DNA from: Eledone cirrhosa
Lineage: Eukaryota
Direction of reading: 5' to 3'
Assembly (NCBI GenBank): GCA_964016885.1
Contig: OZ024741.1
Location: 303,242,001 to 303,306,000, forward strand
Length of the DNA: 64,000 bases
This document shows, piece by piece, positions 48,668 through 61,194 of this stretch. Position 1 is the stretch's first letter; each line of letters starts with the position of its first letter. The position numbers and the translations under genes were made by a program. The notes beneath the pieces are model-generated. The model had not been told where the DNA came from. It made no database searches and worked only from the letters and a program-made list of their open reading frames with translations.

Positions 48668-49043
48668 ATGGTGTATATATGTGTGTTTGTATATATATAT
48701 ATATGATGGTGTATATATATATTTAGGATGGTGTATATATATATATATATATAGGATGGTGTATATATATTTAGAGAGAGAGATATATGTGTGTGTGTGC
48801 GTCGGGTTCCATCGGGGGTAACCATAGTAGGTAAAGTACTCAATACATAGTAGAGTATATACAATATTTAATATAGAAATGGCCTCTACAGGACTGGAAC
48901 TGTTTCATTCGAAGGAAATCATCAAAATGATTTTTTTCGAATGAAACATCTATATTAAATATGGCTATATCAAGCGTTAACCTAATATATCCCTTCCATA
49001 TACTGTACCGATTGTGTTGTTATTTCTCTTTACATTTTACATA

Positions 49044-49103
<60 letters not shown>

Positions 49104-49186
49104 GGTGGGGTGGGTACGAAAACACGAAACGAACCAAGGAACAAGAAGATGCAATAATATAAAGTTTATTAGTTTTATATGTATAT

Positions 49187-49685
49187 CTCTTTTACTCTTT
49201 TACCTGTTCCAGCCTTCCGGCTGAGGCCATGCTGAGGCACCAGCCTGTATTGGTTGGCCACTGATGCAATAGGGAGTTCGTTGCTGCTGCCTTTAGGTTT
49301 CTCTCGTGCCTTGCTGTGGGCTCATCCGGGATCCTGGATAGCAAGGTGTCGAGATGTTTCTTGAAAACATCCACGTCCACACCATGCAGATCCCTCGGCA
49401 GCTTGTTGAAGAGTTGAGGGCCCTTGAACCCCTGTCTATTGCAATATCTGCTTCTTATTTTAGATGTTGAAGACGGGACCTATGGCACCACACAGTGACG
49501 TCATGTTCGGGGGTTGGTCCAGCTCCCAATACCAAAGTTTGGTGCTAGTCCCTCCAGGATTTTCCACATGTGTATCACTGTGTATCTCTCCCGTCTTCGT
49601 TCCAAGGAGTAGAGGTTCAGTTCTTTTAACCTCTCCCAGTAGCTTATCTCCTTCATCGTCGCAATCCTCTCGGTGTAGCTTCGCT
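49187..49685 (-). mobile_element. Second 3' fragment of the CR1-group LINE
   Basis: Aligns to 23876-24412 with substitutions and small deletions; [24 protein letters not shown]. Confidence 0.93.
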
Positions 49686-49767
49686 ACATATATATTTTCA
49701 TTTTATTAAGGTTAAATGGTGGGACATCAGACAAGTGTTCTTGTCTGATGACTGCGATAAACAAGCG

Positions 49768-49929
49768 GGGTCGGACGCCATGCTTTGCAGCAAAGAGTTA
49801 CGGCCCTTTATGGTCTGTGTTCAAATCCCGCCGAGGTTAACTTTGCCCTTCATTCTTACAGGGTCGATAAAATAAAGTACCAGTAATATACTGGGATAAT
49901 TGCTGGCCTTGTCCCAAAAGTAGAAACAA
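49768..49929 (+). mobile_element. SINE family A interrupting a family P2 module
   Basis: Body and B-box present; cttgtCTGATGA lies to the left and the P2 tail to the right. Confidence 0.88.
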
Positions 49930-50330
49930 AGAAACAACTATTTAGCTTTAATAAAACGAATATTAAAATTCCATTTCGGTATTGAGTAGTCTTTTCTCTC
50001 AGCCGTCAACCACATACGGATATACACACACACACATATATATATGGCCGAAATGCATGAAACATAGTGGACCCCCACAGAAGACACACAAGGGCCATAT
50101 GGTGGTGCGTTAAACCAGACAACAGATTGTAGTTGGGTTCACATTCAATGCTAATGAGAAAAAAAAAAAAAAATAAATAAATAAAGGGATTAATTGAAAA
50201 TCAATGGGTGTTCGAAAAGGGTCACCATAATTATAAATAAATGTCAATCCCCCAAATTTGGCTGCAATCATGTAAATAACTAAATCTTGTAGTAAGTAAA
50301 AGTAGGCTTGTATCAATTCGAATATATGAG

Positions 50331-50665
50331 TAAAGGGTAAAGACCCCCTTCGGTCACGAATAATCATGGTATTAGCACCTAGAAAGTTACCCTCCGAGTC
50401 ACAAGTCCGGGCAAGGTTGTTTGTGGAGGACCAGCAGTCACTCATGCATATCAGCCTCCCCTCACCAGGCCACTGTTGTTGTCCAAGGGAAAGGCTATGG
50501 CCGATACAACTTGGCACCAGTGACGACTCATTTACACAGCTGAGTAAACTGGAGCAAAGTCAAATAAAGTGTCTTGCTCAAGGACACAACGCATCACCCG
50601 GTCCGAGAATGGAACTCACAACCTTACGATTGCAAACCCACTGCTCTAAACATTGTCATGCGCCT
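50331..50665 (-). mobile_element. tRNA-derived SINE family B1
   Basis: Same head and body as 35668-35959. Confidence 0.85.
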
Positions 50666-51189
50666 ATGAGTAGCGTAAATATAAAGGTGGAGTAATGATA
50701 TGTGGATGTGCTGAATAAAGTTTTTAGTATACTAGAATTATATTTCCATGCGCTGACGCGTATGTGTTTATGTGTGTGCGTGTGTGTATGTGATTATGCA
50801 TACATTTATATGTATGAGTATATAAATATAAACGTCTAAACACAGACGCACAAAAATACATACTCACATACATACATTCACACAAACACACACATACATT
50901 CACACAAACACATACATTTACACATTCACTTACACACAGCGTAGTTTTTAACCACCACTTCCATCCTTTTACACAAACATTCACGCTGGCAACAGACGTA
51001 AAGAGAGAGGAGGAGTATGAGGTAGTTTAACTACTCCTTTCTCTTTAAGTGCTGTGACAAAATTGCAGAAATTTATATATAGATATATATCAGGAGCGGT
51101 AGAACTGCCCCCCCCCCCCCCCAATAATTATATTTTTCTCCCCAATCTACCAAAACATATATCTATTTGTATATACGCTACAAGTTAAG

Positions 51190-52260
51190 TAGAGACAGAT
51201 GGGGGAGATAGATATAGAGAAGGGGATAGTGTGTTGTAAATTAGATATAGGGAGGAGGAGAGATTGATGCTTATTGATATAGAGAGAGGAATTTGAAGAG
51301 AGTTCCGTGTGGTAGGTATACAGAGGGGGAGAGTCTGACGTTCATTGATATAGAGAGGGAGATTGGAAGAGAGGTACGTATAGTAGATATAGAAAGGGGG
51401 GGGGGGGGGGCGTTTGGTAGTGATGGATAGAGTGAGATGGAATGAGAGTGTTGTATGGTAGACATAGAAAGGGGGATAGTTTGGTGACAATTGATATAGA
51501 GAAGGGGATTGGAAGAGAGTATTGTATGGTAGATATAGAGAGGAGGATAGTTTGTGGTAATTGATATAGTGAGGAAGGCTGGAAGAGTGTGTTGTACGTA
51601 TATTAGATATAGAAAGGGAGAGAGATTGATGTTTATTGATATAGAGGGTGGTATTGGAAGAGAGTTCCATGTAGTAGATATAGAAAGGGGGAGTGTTTGG
51701 TGTTAATTTATATAGAAGGGGGGGGGTTATGAATAGAGTGAGAGGATTGATAGATATCTTTCTTTATTGTTTCTACTTTGGGTACAAGGCCAGCAATTAT
51801 CCCAGTGTATTACTGGTACTTTATTTTATCGACCCCGTAAGGATGAAAGGCAAAGTTAACCTCGGCGGGATTTGAACTCAGAATGGCAAGGGCCGTAACT
51901 CTATGCGTCAAAACGGCGTCCGACCCTCTACCGATACTGCCAATCTGGGGATAGTTTGGTGTTAATTAATATAGAGAGGGGTATTGGAAGAGAGGGGGAG
52001 AATTTGGTGGTTTTAGATATACAGAGAGGGGTAATGAGAGAGTGCCGTGTAGTAGATATTAAGAGGGTGAGAGTTTAGGGGTAATTGATATGCAGTGGGG
52101 GGGGGGAAATAAGTGTAAATATTTATAGAAAGTGAGAGAGTGTATTAGTCTTAGATATAGAGAGTGGGATAAGAGAGGGGTAGAGTTTGGTTTTAGTAAA
52201 TACAGAGAGGGGGATTAAAAGAGAGTTTTGTGTGATAGCCATAGGGAGGAGGAGAGTTTT
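51190..52260. repeat. Degenerate purine-rich ~65-70-bp minisatellite
   Basis: Recurrent tagatatagaaagggggatagtttgg...attgatatagagaggggtattggaagagagt units. Confidence 0.8.
51766..51943 (-). mobile_element. SINE family A, full length
   Basis: A and B boxes and body; inserted in the purine-rich minisatellite. Confidence 0.92.
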
Positions 52261-52620
52261 CGGGTCCCAAATAATAGAAGGGGTGTCAATAATTGGTTGG
52301 GGGCTTGGGAAATCAGTAATTGTATAGTGTACGTTCGTAAATATGGGATTTCTTGTAATGTTCTTCTTTTGTCATTTATAATGTTTTCTAATTTAAAATA
52401 AAATAATTTTTAGATTCTCCAGCTGTTGTATCAACATGAATCACTTACAATAAGATTTCGCCGGAGATAGATTAGGAAAATATAATAATCGGGTAGAGTG
52501 TGGAATAAAACCGGGCTTGGAAAAAATCCGACAAATTAATAAGCGGCGGGTGGGGACGATTATTCAAGACCTGAGAGAACGTGAATTCTTGACGGACTTA
52601 AGAATACCGAATATATATAT

Positions 52621-52762
52621 AATACCGAGTTTAAATATTCATTTATTATGGCTAAGCCTTGTTACTCTTGAGTCTCACCTGCGTACTCACAGGAACATCA
52701 GACAAGACTGGTGATCCTGTGAGTGCGCAGAGCTCACCAATAGCCATAATAAATTAATGTAT
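52621..52762. repeat. Family P2 fold-back with a degenerate hammerhead on the minus strand (52656-52708)
   Basis: Minus strand: gtcttgt CTGATGT tcctg...cagg t GAGA ctc-aa-gag TA acaaggc; arms attcatttattatggcta / tagccataataaattaat. Confidence 0.65.
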
Positions 52763-52771
52763 ATATATATA

Positions 52772-53073
52772 CAGTTGTCCTCCCGGCATTCGCGGGGATT
52801 ACGTTCCTAGAACACCCGCAAATATTGTACGTGGTCCATAAAAATGCCTATAAACATCAAAACGTAAAATATAGGCTGGCAAATACGGTATATTGTTATT
52901 AATAATTTAGCGTTAAAAAGCGCGAAAAAAAAAATATTGCCACGAGAAAAAGCCATTAAAATATCGCGGAAGACATTTACGATTCCGCGAATATGCGGTG
53001 GTTACCACGTACAATTATTAGTTATGTTCTAAGGAAAATTCCTCGAATAACCGGGACCGCAAATGCCGCGGGT

Positions 53074-53079
<6 letters not shown>
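52772..53079. mobile_element. Tigger/pogo-like MITE
   Basis: TIRs cagttgtcctcccggcattcgcgg / ccgcaaatgccgcgggtgcattg, TA on both sides. Confidence 0.75.
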
Positions 53080-53106
<27 letters not shown>

Positions 53107-53545
53107 GGAGAATAGAAGTGGCTGCGTAGTTGCTATTTAAGGTATCTTAAAATGGAGTGGTAACAAGGAGTAAGCAAGAACGGCTCGAGGGGGGAGGGGT
53201 TTCCTCATCAGTTGTCTCGGATATTTCTACGCTTTAAAGACAAGATATCTCTCCCCAGGGCGTCAATAACTGGATAAGTTATTGGGAAAACGGAAGAGGG
53301 AGGGAAGGAAAGCGAAAGGGGAGAAAAGAGTGAAAAAACAGCGAAAAACAACAACAAACCGAGCAATGTGCGAGTAACTTAAGGTAAGAAAATCCAAGAC
53401 CACTCGATAAGAGAACTTAAGTTCAAGATTGAGTGGTCGAATATATAAATATATCGCTACAACGAAATTGTATGTATGTACATATATATATATATATTGA
53501 AGAAGCCACTGCTTGAATCTTACATCATTTTATTGAATACTTTTT

Positions 53546-53607
53546 TTATTGTTATATATATTTCAGTGGTATCTATTATGTAATATACACGACCTCATGC
53601 GACAGCT
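53546..53607 (-). ncRNA. Degenerate minimal hammerhead
   Basis: Minus strand: ctgt CGCATGA ggt...act GAAA tatata TA acaa. Confidence 0.45.
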
Positions 53608-53710
53608 GTTGTGTAATCTTTTGTTAAACATATAATATGCCCCGGGTTGCTTTTGATGTTGTTCCTCCAACGCCCCAGTAAAATTATGTAAGAGTCAAGC
53701 ACACTGACTC

Positions 53711-53889
53711 TTGGCAGTATCGGTAGAGAGTCGGATGCCATACTTTCCAGCATAGTTACGTCCCTTTACAGACTGAGTTCAAATCCCGCCGAGGTTAACT
53801 TTGCCTTTCATACTTACGGGGTCGATAAAATAAAGCACCAGTAATGTACTGCGTAATTGCTGGCTTTGTGCCAAAAGTAGAAATAATTA
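53711..53889 (+). mobile_element. SINE family A, full length
   Basis: ttggcagtatcggtaga head, gttcaaatcc, body and tail. Confidence 0.92.
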
Positions 53890-54424
53890 TATTGATACTC
53901 CGTGGCGTGTGGACCAGTGTGATTACATCGCAACTTTGAAAGTAAGCCACGTCGAGTGCTTAAACCTTTATACATACTGATTAGTTGATCAACGAGTTCA
54001 ACTTGAAAACTGACAACAATATATATATATATATATTCAAGCTCACATGTCTATATTAAAAGCCAGCTTGAAGTGGGGAGAAAATGGAGAGAAAGGATAT
54101 TTGAGTAATGTTTACACAACCCGAAACATGCACTTTATAGAAACACCACCCAAAGAGAGTGACTCTGAGCCGACTCTCAGCCTGCTAGAAATAGTAGCAA
54201 AATATATTTGAAATCACACTTTTCGAATCCCTTTAGATTATGTAGAACAAATAGATGCACAAACATGCGGAATGGTCATGGCTAGAAGACCTTTAATCAA
54301 ATACCCGCCCGATTAGTGCTGGCTTGGCGTATATAGATATAATTAAATGCACAACTTATTAGTCATCATGTATGTATGTGTGTGTGTGTGTGTGTGTCCG
54401 TGCATCCCTGCATATTTTTACATT

Positions 54425-54571
54425 TGTGTCTGTGTTTATGTCCCACAATTTAGCGGTTCGACAAAAGAAATCGGTAAAATAAGAACCAGATTTGAGTAAA
54501 TAATTACTGGGAATAGTATGATTAATTAAATCAAACGTGGTCGCAGTCTAAAAACAGAAATAATAAAATAG
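54425..54571 (+). mobile_element. Degraded SINE 3' portion with a LINE-like tail
   Basis: ttagcggttcgacaaaagaaatcggtaaaataagaaccag...gtggtcgcagtc...gaaataataaaatag; resembles a common octopus repeat (from memory). Confidence 0.5.
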
Positions 54572-55870
54572 CAATACCAACAACACAGACAGCTGAAATG
54601 ATCAGGAAAGACATTTGCTGTTAGTTTTAGTTAGTGTTGATTATGATGGTGGTGATGGTGAGAGTGACGATGATGGGGATGGCGGTTTTATGTTGGTTAT
54701 GGTGATGTTGATTGTAGTGATGGTTATGACGTGGTGATGGAGATGACTATTTCAAGTCGTGGTTGGCTGATAGTATAAATGACCCGTGTCAAATAACAAG
54801 TGTTCAGTAAGTACCACGATCAATTTCATCCTTATCATCGTTAATATCATTATCATCAATATCACTATCATCGTCATTATCATCATGACCATCACCATCA
54901 TCAGCCCACTCATTGTTGTAGAGGTTGCTGCTTGTGTATTTGTTACTACTCACACCATTCCATCTACTCCCCACCCTACTACTACTAATTATTCTTACCA
55001 CTCCTCTCCCTCGCCCTCCATTTCTTCCTCCCTCTCTTCCTGCCTACATACAGGCATATACAATGGCGGGTTTATCGAGTAAGATCGAAAGAACAAGTCA
55101 TGAAGACAAACTGACCCAAGTTTGATAAATATATCTTAAAAAATAAAACTAGTGTTACCTTTTCCTAGACAGTAATCTTGCAAACAAATATCGTCCGCAC
55201 CCTGTATATATCACAAAGTTGGAGCCTCTACGTAATTGCTTGATCTGCCAGAAAGTGCTGCCAAATCCCCTCATATCACACTCATACTCCTCAGAAAAGG
55301 ATGCCGTAGATACGGGCCCGTCGCCAAGGAAAGTGAGGGGGCACTGTATATCACCCCTCCGCCACTATATTACAATGGTACATTCTCATATGAAGAATAA
55401 TTTACGCTGATATGCTTATTCCGAAACTCCGCCTTAAAATTATTCAAAATGATCTGAAGTCGCTTACACTTTGCCGAGTTCTAAAACCTGGCAACAAGCC
55501 TTGTTAAATAAAGCAGCCTGGGTGCCCTCTATACAGGGAAAGAGTAAGATGGTTATACCTGGGATGTCTTTGATCACTGTTTTAATTGATCAGGGCTTAT
55601 CTTCGACTAACAACTACGTTTACCTATCTCATAAGGAGGGAACCTCCGCCAGATACAGCAGCCAAATTTTACTCACATCACCACAAACTGTGTTGGGAAA
55701 GGAAAGGACCCATTGTATAATGTAGTTCTATGCATATTCCTAGAAAGACAGGTTGACCATGGCTGAAAGGCCTTGGTCTTTTCAAGCCGTTCACCAGGTT
55801 TTGCTATTCAGGTCGGGGACTAATTCACAAAAAAATTTAAGACAGTTTCTAAATAATCGTATCACCGTAC

Positions 55871-56239
55871 TTGGCAGTATCGGTAGAGGGTCGGACACCA
55901 TGCTTTTCAGCACAGTTACGTCCCTTTACGGTCTCAGTTCAAATCTCACCGAGATTAACTTTGCCTTTCATCCTTACGAGGTCGATAAAATAAAGTACCA
56001 GTAATACACTGAGATAATTGCTGGCCTTGTGCCAAAAGTAGAAACAATTCTTTTCTAAATCTTGGGCAGTGAATTGGCAGTATCGGTAGAGGGTCGGATT
56101 TGCAGCATAGAGTTACAGTCCTTTACATTTCTGAGTTCCAATCCCGCCGAGGTTAACTTTGCCTTTCATCCTAACAGGATCAATAAAATAAAGTACCAGT
56201 AATGCACTGGGATAATTGCTAGCCTTGTACCAAAAGTAG
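55871..56239 (+). mobile_element. Two tandem SINE family A copies (55871-56049, 56074-56239)
   Basis: Each starts ttggcagtatcggtagagggtcgga and has the B-box and body. Confidence 0.92.
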
Positions 56240-56455
56240 GGACGGTAGTGTCATCAGTTCCTCAACTCTGGCGACGAGTCTAAATCTGTTCTGGCCTGTT
56301 TAAGCAACACTTACCTGGGATTAAACAACAACACAGCAATGACAAAGTTGTTTGCATGCATGTGTTTTTGTGAGTGTATGCACCTAAATATTCTGTTTGT
56401 ATGCGTGGGATTGTGTTTTGCTACTTGTGAGTTTTTTTAAATTAAATTCCTGCTC

Positions 56456-56575
56456 TCGTTAGAACATCGGACAGAATGCTCTGCGGAATTCGTTTCGGCT
56501 CTCTGCGATCCCCTAGTTCAAATCCTGCCAGGGCTAACCTTGCCTTTCATCCTTTTAAGGTCCAAAAATAAAGTC
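56456..56575 (+). mobile_element. Diverged SINE family A relative
   Basis: tcgttagaacatcggac...agttcaaatcctgcc...ttgcctttcatcc. Confidence 0.65.
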
Positions 56576-56621
56576 TTAATCCATTCCCAGGGTCGAGTCT
56601 TTCTTTATATTTCTTTCTGAA

Positions 56622-56742
<121 letters not shown>

Positions 56743-56910
56743 GTATATATATGAATTAAAAAATAGAGCTGGCCTGAGGTATATGATATTTAATGCGAAG
56801 AAATACCTATGATGGCCAGAAGATCACTGATGACGGATAGTCCTGGCTTCTTACTCTATTTTTAATTCATATGTATCACATCCGCAACAACGCAGCACGC
56901 CATTTTTCAT

Positions 56911-56943
<33 letters not shown>

Positions 56944-56950
<7 letters not shown>

Positions 56951-57070
56951 TAAAATAACAGATTAAAGTTTAAGCAAAGAATCGCTTTCACCCTTAACGG
57001 GATCTTCTGAAACAGAAGGGTGAAAGCACCGATTCTTTGCTTAAACTTTAATCTGTTATTTTAATAAATA
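56944..57070. repeat. Inverted repeat with ~52-bp arms
   Basis: tatttattaaaataacagattaaagtttaagcaaagaatcg / cgattctttgcttaaactttaatctgttattttaataaata; the arm also occurs at 47470-47525. Confidence 0.92.
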
Positions 57071-57278
57071 TTTGCTCTAAGGTTCTTATATATTTGATAT
57101 ATATTTATCCTTATCGAGCCCTCTTTGGATTTTAGTCTTCAAATTTATTATTATTACTAATATATATATATATATTTATTTATTTATTTCTCTCTCCTTC
57201 TTCATAAGAAATCGGCTGTGTTCAAACATGGAGAGGAGGTGAGCTCTGCCAGGTTTTAAATGCCCAGGTCACGCTGTA

Positions 57279-57474
57279 CGAGTGTCGGGTGAAAAACTCA
57301 TAGGCTGACAAAAATACACTCATGGAATGACCAAATAAGGTTTATTTTTCAACATAGTCCCGGAAAGAAACGATACAATTTTAATAAGAAGAGCTGAAAT
57401 TAATGCATGCAAGATTTCACAGCCCTAGCATCATCTCTTCATAATCAGCCTATGAAATTTTCAGCTGACCCTTG
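57279..57474. mobile_element. Mariner-like MITE
   Basis: TIRs cgagtgtcgggtgaaaaactcataggctga / tcagcctatgaaattttcagctgacccttg. Confidence 0.75.
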
Positions 57475-57870
57475 AATATCACTACGTCACCCCTACAACT
57501 CCATCAGAAATTACAGGGCCATACATACAAACTCCTGACCTAAGATCAAAGGCGTTCCAATCATGACTATCCTATCAATTTTCCCGATGTAACAAAATAA
57601 TGTCTAGAATTACATTCTTTAAAATGGTTTTCTTCTTTGCAAAATGGTAGTGGAGTGATTTGACTGGGTTTTAAGTGTTATTTCTAGCAAATCGAATTAT
57701 TACAAGGTTCGCCGAAGCTATCGGCTTTTAAAAACAGTAGGCAAAACTTCGAAGTAAACAGTCACTATCTATCTATCTAACTATGTGTGTGTGTCTATAT
57801 ATATATGTATTTACACACACACACATATATATATATATATATGTAAAAGGAACGATCGACTTTCGTCAAA

Positions 57871-58063
57871 TCGGACCGAGGGAACAATGTTTCCGTTGGT
57901 CTTTCCAATTGCTAATACTATCTATCGGTCGCAACTCCAGGTAGAAGGAGCAACGTGAAATAAAGTGTCTTGCTCAAGGACATAACGCATCACCTGGTCC
58001 AGGAATCGAACTCACAACCTTACGATTGCGAATCCAATTCTCTAACCACTCAGCCACACGCCT
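57871..58063 (-). mobile_element. tRNA-derived SINE family B2
   Basis: Minus strand: tggctgagtggttaga A-box, gttcgattcc B-box, tgtccttgagcaagacacttt; body differs from B1. Confidence 0.85.
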
Positions 58064-58075
58064 TTATATATATAT

Positions 58076-58191
<116 letters not shown>

Positions 58192-58422
58192 TCCGTATCA
58201 GATTAAACATTTACTTTACCAGATAGATCAATAGAAAACAATTAGTTAGTAAATGAGGGAAGTATCTTCGAATTGTTGATGGTGGAGTGAACAAGAGGGG
58301 GAGAGAGACTGTTGGAAGGATGAGGGTGTGAGAAAAAAGGGTGAAAGTAGGTTAATAAATAAAAACTCGAGGTAGAGAGGAAAGGAACAAAACAATGTTA
58401 GAGGAGAGTATGGCCACAAGAG

Positions 58423-58584
58423 GAGATTTCTAGTATCCTTGGCCCTAGGACCAGCTCCCTACTCACCACCATCGGCACGGAATTGGCTACCTGCAGGTGT
58501 GGGCCTAGCGAGCTGGAATGGTTCTTCCAGCGCGTCTCCCTCACCATCTTCCGGGGAAACGCCTTCTCTATTCTGTCCACCGGG
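58423..58584 (+). mobile_element. CRE-like non-LTR retrotransposon remnant (RLE C-terminus)
   Basis: EISSILGPRTSSLLTTIGTELATCRCGPSELEWFFQRVSLTIFRGNAFSILSTG resembles the CRE-clade terminal motif ET-x-G-x-x-G...L-x-QR-L-S-x-A-x-x-RGNA-x-SIL (from memory). Confidence 0.7.
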
Positions 58585-58819
58585 ACCACGGGGCGGCCAG
58601 CAAGTGGACCCACATTTGCTTATAATATTGAGATGGGGAGAGATGGAGTCAGTGACAGTGTGAGTTTGGTTCCATTGTGTTCAGACTTTATGTATATATT
58701 TATTTACCACACCAAATATACCGCCAATCACCTATAATCATCTTTCTAGCAGAATATGCCCATATAAGATTAGAGAGTATGAGATAGATAGAGATGGGTT
58801 AATAGACAATAGAAATAAA

Positions 58820-58974
58820 TAATTGTTTCTACTTTAGGCACAAGGCCAGCAATTACCCAGTGCATTACTGGTACTTTATTTTATCGACCCCGTAAGGATG
58901 AAAGGCAAAGTCAACCTCGGCGGGATTTGAACTCAGATCGTAAAGGGACGTAACTATGCTGGAAAGCATGGCGT
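58820..58974 (-). mobile_element. SINE family A, 5'-truncated
   Basis: Body and B-box; near-identical to 60685-60840 inverted. Confidence 0.92.
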
Positions 58975-59400
58975 AAATAATGAAAACCAGTCGTAGAGCC
59001 TGTCACCCTCTTCCTTTCTTCTCTCTTTCTTCCGTTGTCTAGTAGACCTTGCTCTTTCCCTCCTTTTCGTTTCATTTATGGCATTTATAATCCTTTCCGT
59101 TACTTCCCTATACAGCCAGATCCCCTTTTTACCCCTTCCCTTCTTTCTTTCATTATCTATATAATTAATTATGAAAACTGAATAAATAATTTTCATAAAT
59201 ATAAATGAAAGGACACATTAACAAACACAGACACCCCTTCATATACAATTATATTATAAATCACGCTGTGTTAGTGTTACTGATAATTACTTCCAGCCAA
59301 ACCAAGCCAAGCCGAACACATGCTATATGCAAATGAACTTCTCCAGCAGATTTTTAAATGCAAAGTATATAAATCTGTAGCTCAGAACCAAGTGTGCAAA

Positions 59401-59444
59401 CAGCACTGATGATGGATTAAAAATCCCTGAAACGGTAGTGTCTG
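59401..59444 (+). ncRNA. Hammerhead-like motif with a non-canonical cleavage triplet
   Basis: cagca CTGATGA tggatt-aaa-aatccct GAAA c-ggta-g TG tctg; GUG instead of NUH. Confidence 0.45.
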
Positions 59445-60661
59445 GCGTTACCACATGGTGACTGTAATAGATGTGACACGATTACTGCTTAGATTTTAAT
59501 GTTCTAATCCTGAGAATATTCATTCTTTTTTTCTTTTTTTTTTTATTAGAAACAAGTGAAATTTTTATTTGGTTAAACATACAGAAAAAAAATCGTAGTA
59601 CTGGAAAGGACTATAGATGCCATAAATGAAAGGAAAAGGAGGGGGAGCAAGGACTACTAGACAAAGGAAGAGAGAGAGAGTGACAGACTCTACACCAAGG
59701 ACAAAGTGGTGTTTCTATACATATGCCTCCATTATGAATCACGTTATGTTAGTGCTACTGATAAAATACCTGTGTTATATGTATAACCATATATAACAAT
59801 CAAACATTAACTGAAAAAGCACATTGAAAAATATAAATAATGGATTATAAAACTTATGTTTGTTTTTATTTTGTAGGTCCGGAAGAAACGACAGTGTTTA
59901 TGGCATTCACAGGTTCTTTGAGATGAGCGAGATGGATGCCGTTTATATCCTGCTTACAAGTCAACTCCTATTGGGAAGAAATGGATTCGAAGATTCTGGG
60001 TAGGAGCAATTGGGAGAAATGGTTAGTGTGAGTCCCGCGGATGGATGGGGTTAGACAACGTGGGTGGTGAGAAGAGGATAAACAAGTAGGGTGGCATAAG
60101 ACTAGCCAGCTTCAAGGAGCTTAGACCATTCTAGTATCAGTAAAAGAGGTAAAGGTAATAGATAGCACAATATAAAAATATAGAATCTCCCCCTTCACTC
60201 TCACTCTCCCTCTCTTTATAGTATGCGATCTCCAATGACCAAAACACATACTGGAATATCATAGCTTGAAGACCAAGGCCTTTAGTCAACAAGCCGGTTT
60301 GATCAAGGCTGACTTGAGTTTAAACAATGGTAAAACAACAAAATAGATGATTTCAAATATAGGTACAAGGCCAATGACTTGATGAGAGAGAACTTAGTCG
60401 ACTAAACTGACCCAGTATTCAACTGGTTACTGTCCGGTACCCATTCGAAAGGAATTGATATATTAACGGCAGTGTGAAGTATAGTAGATGAGATTAAGTG
60501 CGTCAATACATAGCTGGGTCTTATGTTATCGAGCCACAACGAACGAAAGAATAAAGTCAACTTTAGTGGGATTTAAACACAGAAAGTAGAAAATGGAAAA
60601 ACAAAACGCTTTAAAATATTTGATAGTGTTTCTACTGACATAGTAATTACATTACCTTGGA

Positions 60662-60840
60662 TTGGCAGTATCGGTGGAGGGTCGGACGCCATGCTTTCCA
60701 GCATAGTTACGTCCCTTTTCGATCTGAGTTCAAATCCCGCCGAGGTTGACTTTGCCTTTCATCCTTACGGGGTCGATAAAATAAAGTACCAGTGATGCAC
60801 TGGGTAATTGCTGGCCTTGTGCCTAAAGTAGAAACAATTA
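60662..60840 (+). mobile_element. SINE family A, full length
   Basis: Head, B-box, body and tail. Confidence 0.92.
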
Positions 60841-61035
60841 TATATTTAACTGGTTTGCTTTCATTTTGTACTATTTTCTAGATTTAATCAGGGGTTAAGT
60901 TTCGTGTTATGTGTTACATAAGGTGGTGTGTTCGTCGTATTGTTTACATTAGACCAGTACTGGATTTAGGACATAAGATAAACAAGTCAAAGATAAACTA
61001 AGATAAAGAAGTCAAATTACATACAGATCGACACT

Positions 61036-61194
61036 TCCTTGGACCAAAACCATCTCAACTCCCTCCATCGTTCCTCGCAGCCAAACAGCGGCGTATGACT
61101 CATTTCAGTGCCCTCCTCATCAATCGGTACCCTTCTTGATGTTTAGGGCATCTGCATTTAAGGGGCTCAACGCTTTTTTGTTCTTAGGGTGCAT
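61036..61194 (+). mobile_element. CRE-like retrotransposon remnant (post-RT region)
   Basis: SLDQNHLNSLHRSSQPNSGV*LISVPSSSIGTLLDV*GICI*GAQRF resembles the CRE motif S-G-x-W-L-x-x-x-P-x-x-x-x-G-T-x-L-D...R-I-x-x-A-x-R-L-G (from memory); multiple stops. Confidence 0.6.

Noticed and set aside
53195-53232. Type-II hammerhead on the minus strand (GAAA...CTGATGA)
   Set aside because: Only 12 nt separate GAAA and CTGATGA, too short to form stems III and I
54640-55082. Hydrophobic or Asp-rich ORFs
   Set aside because: Translation of degenerate (GAT)/(CAT) trinucleotide repeats
59877-60027. Plus-strand coding exon (ttttgtag acceptor, gttagt/gtgagt donors)
   Set aside because: All three frames contain stops; it may be non-coding or a minus-strand TE remnant
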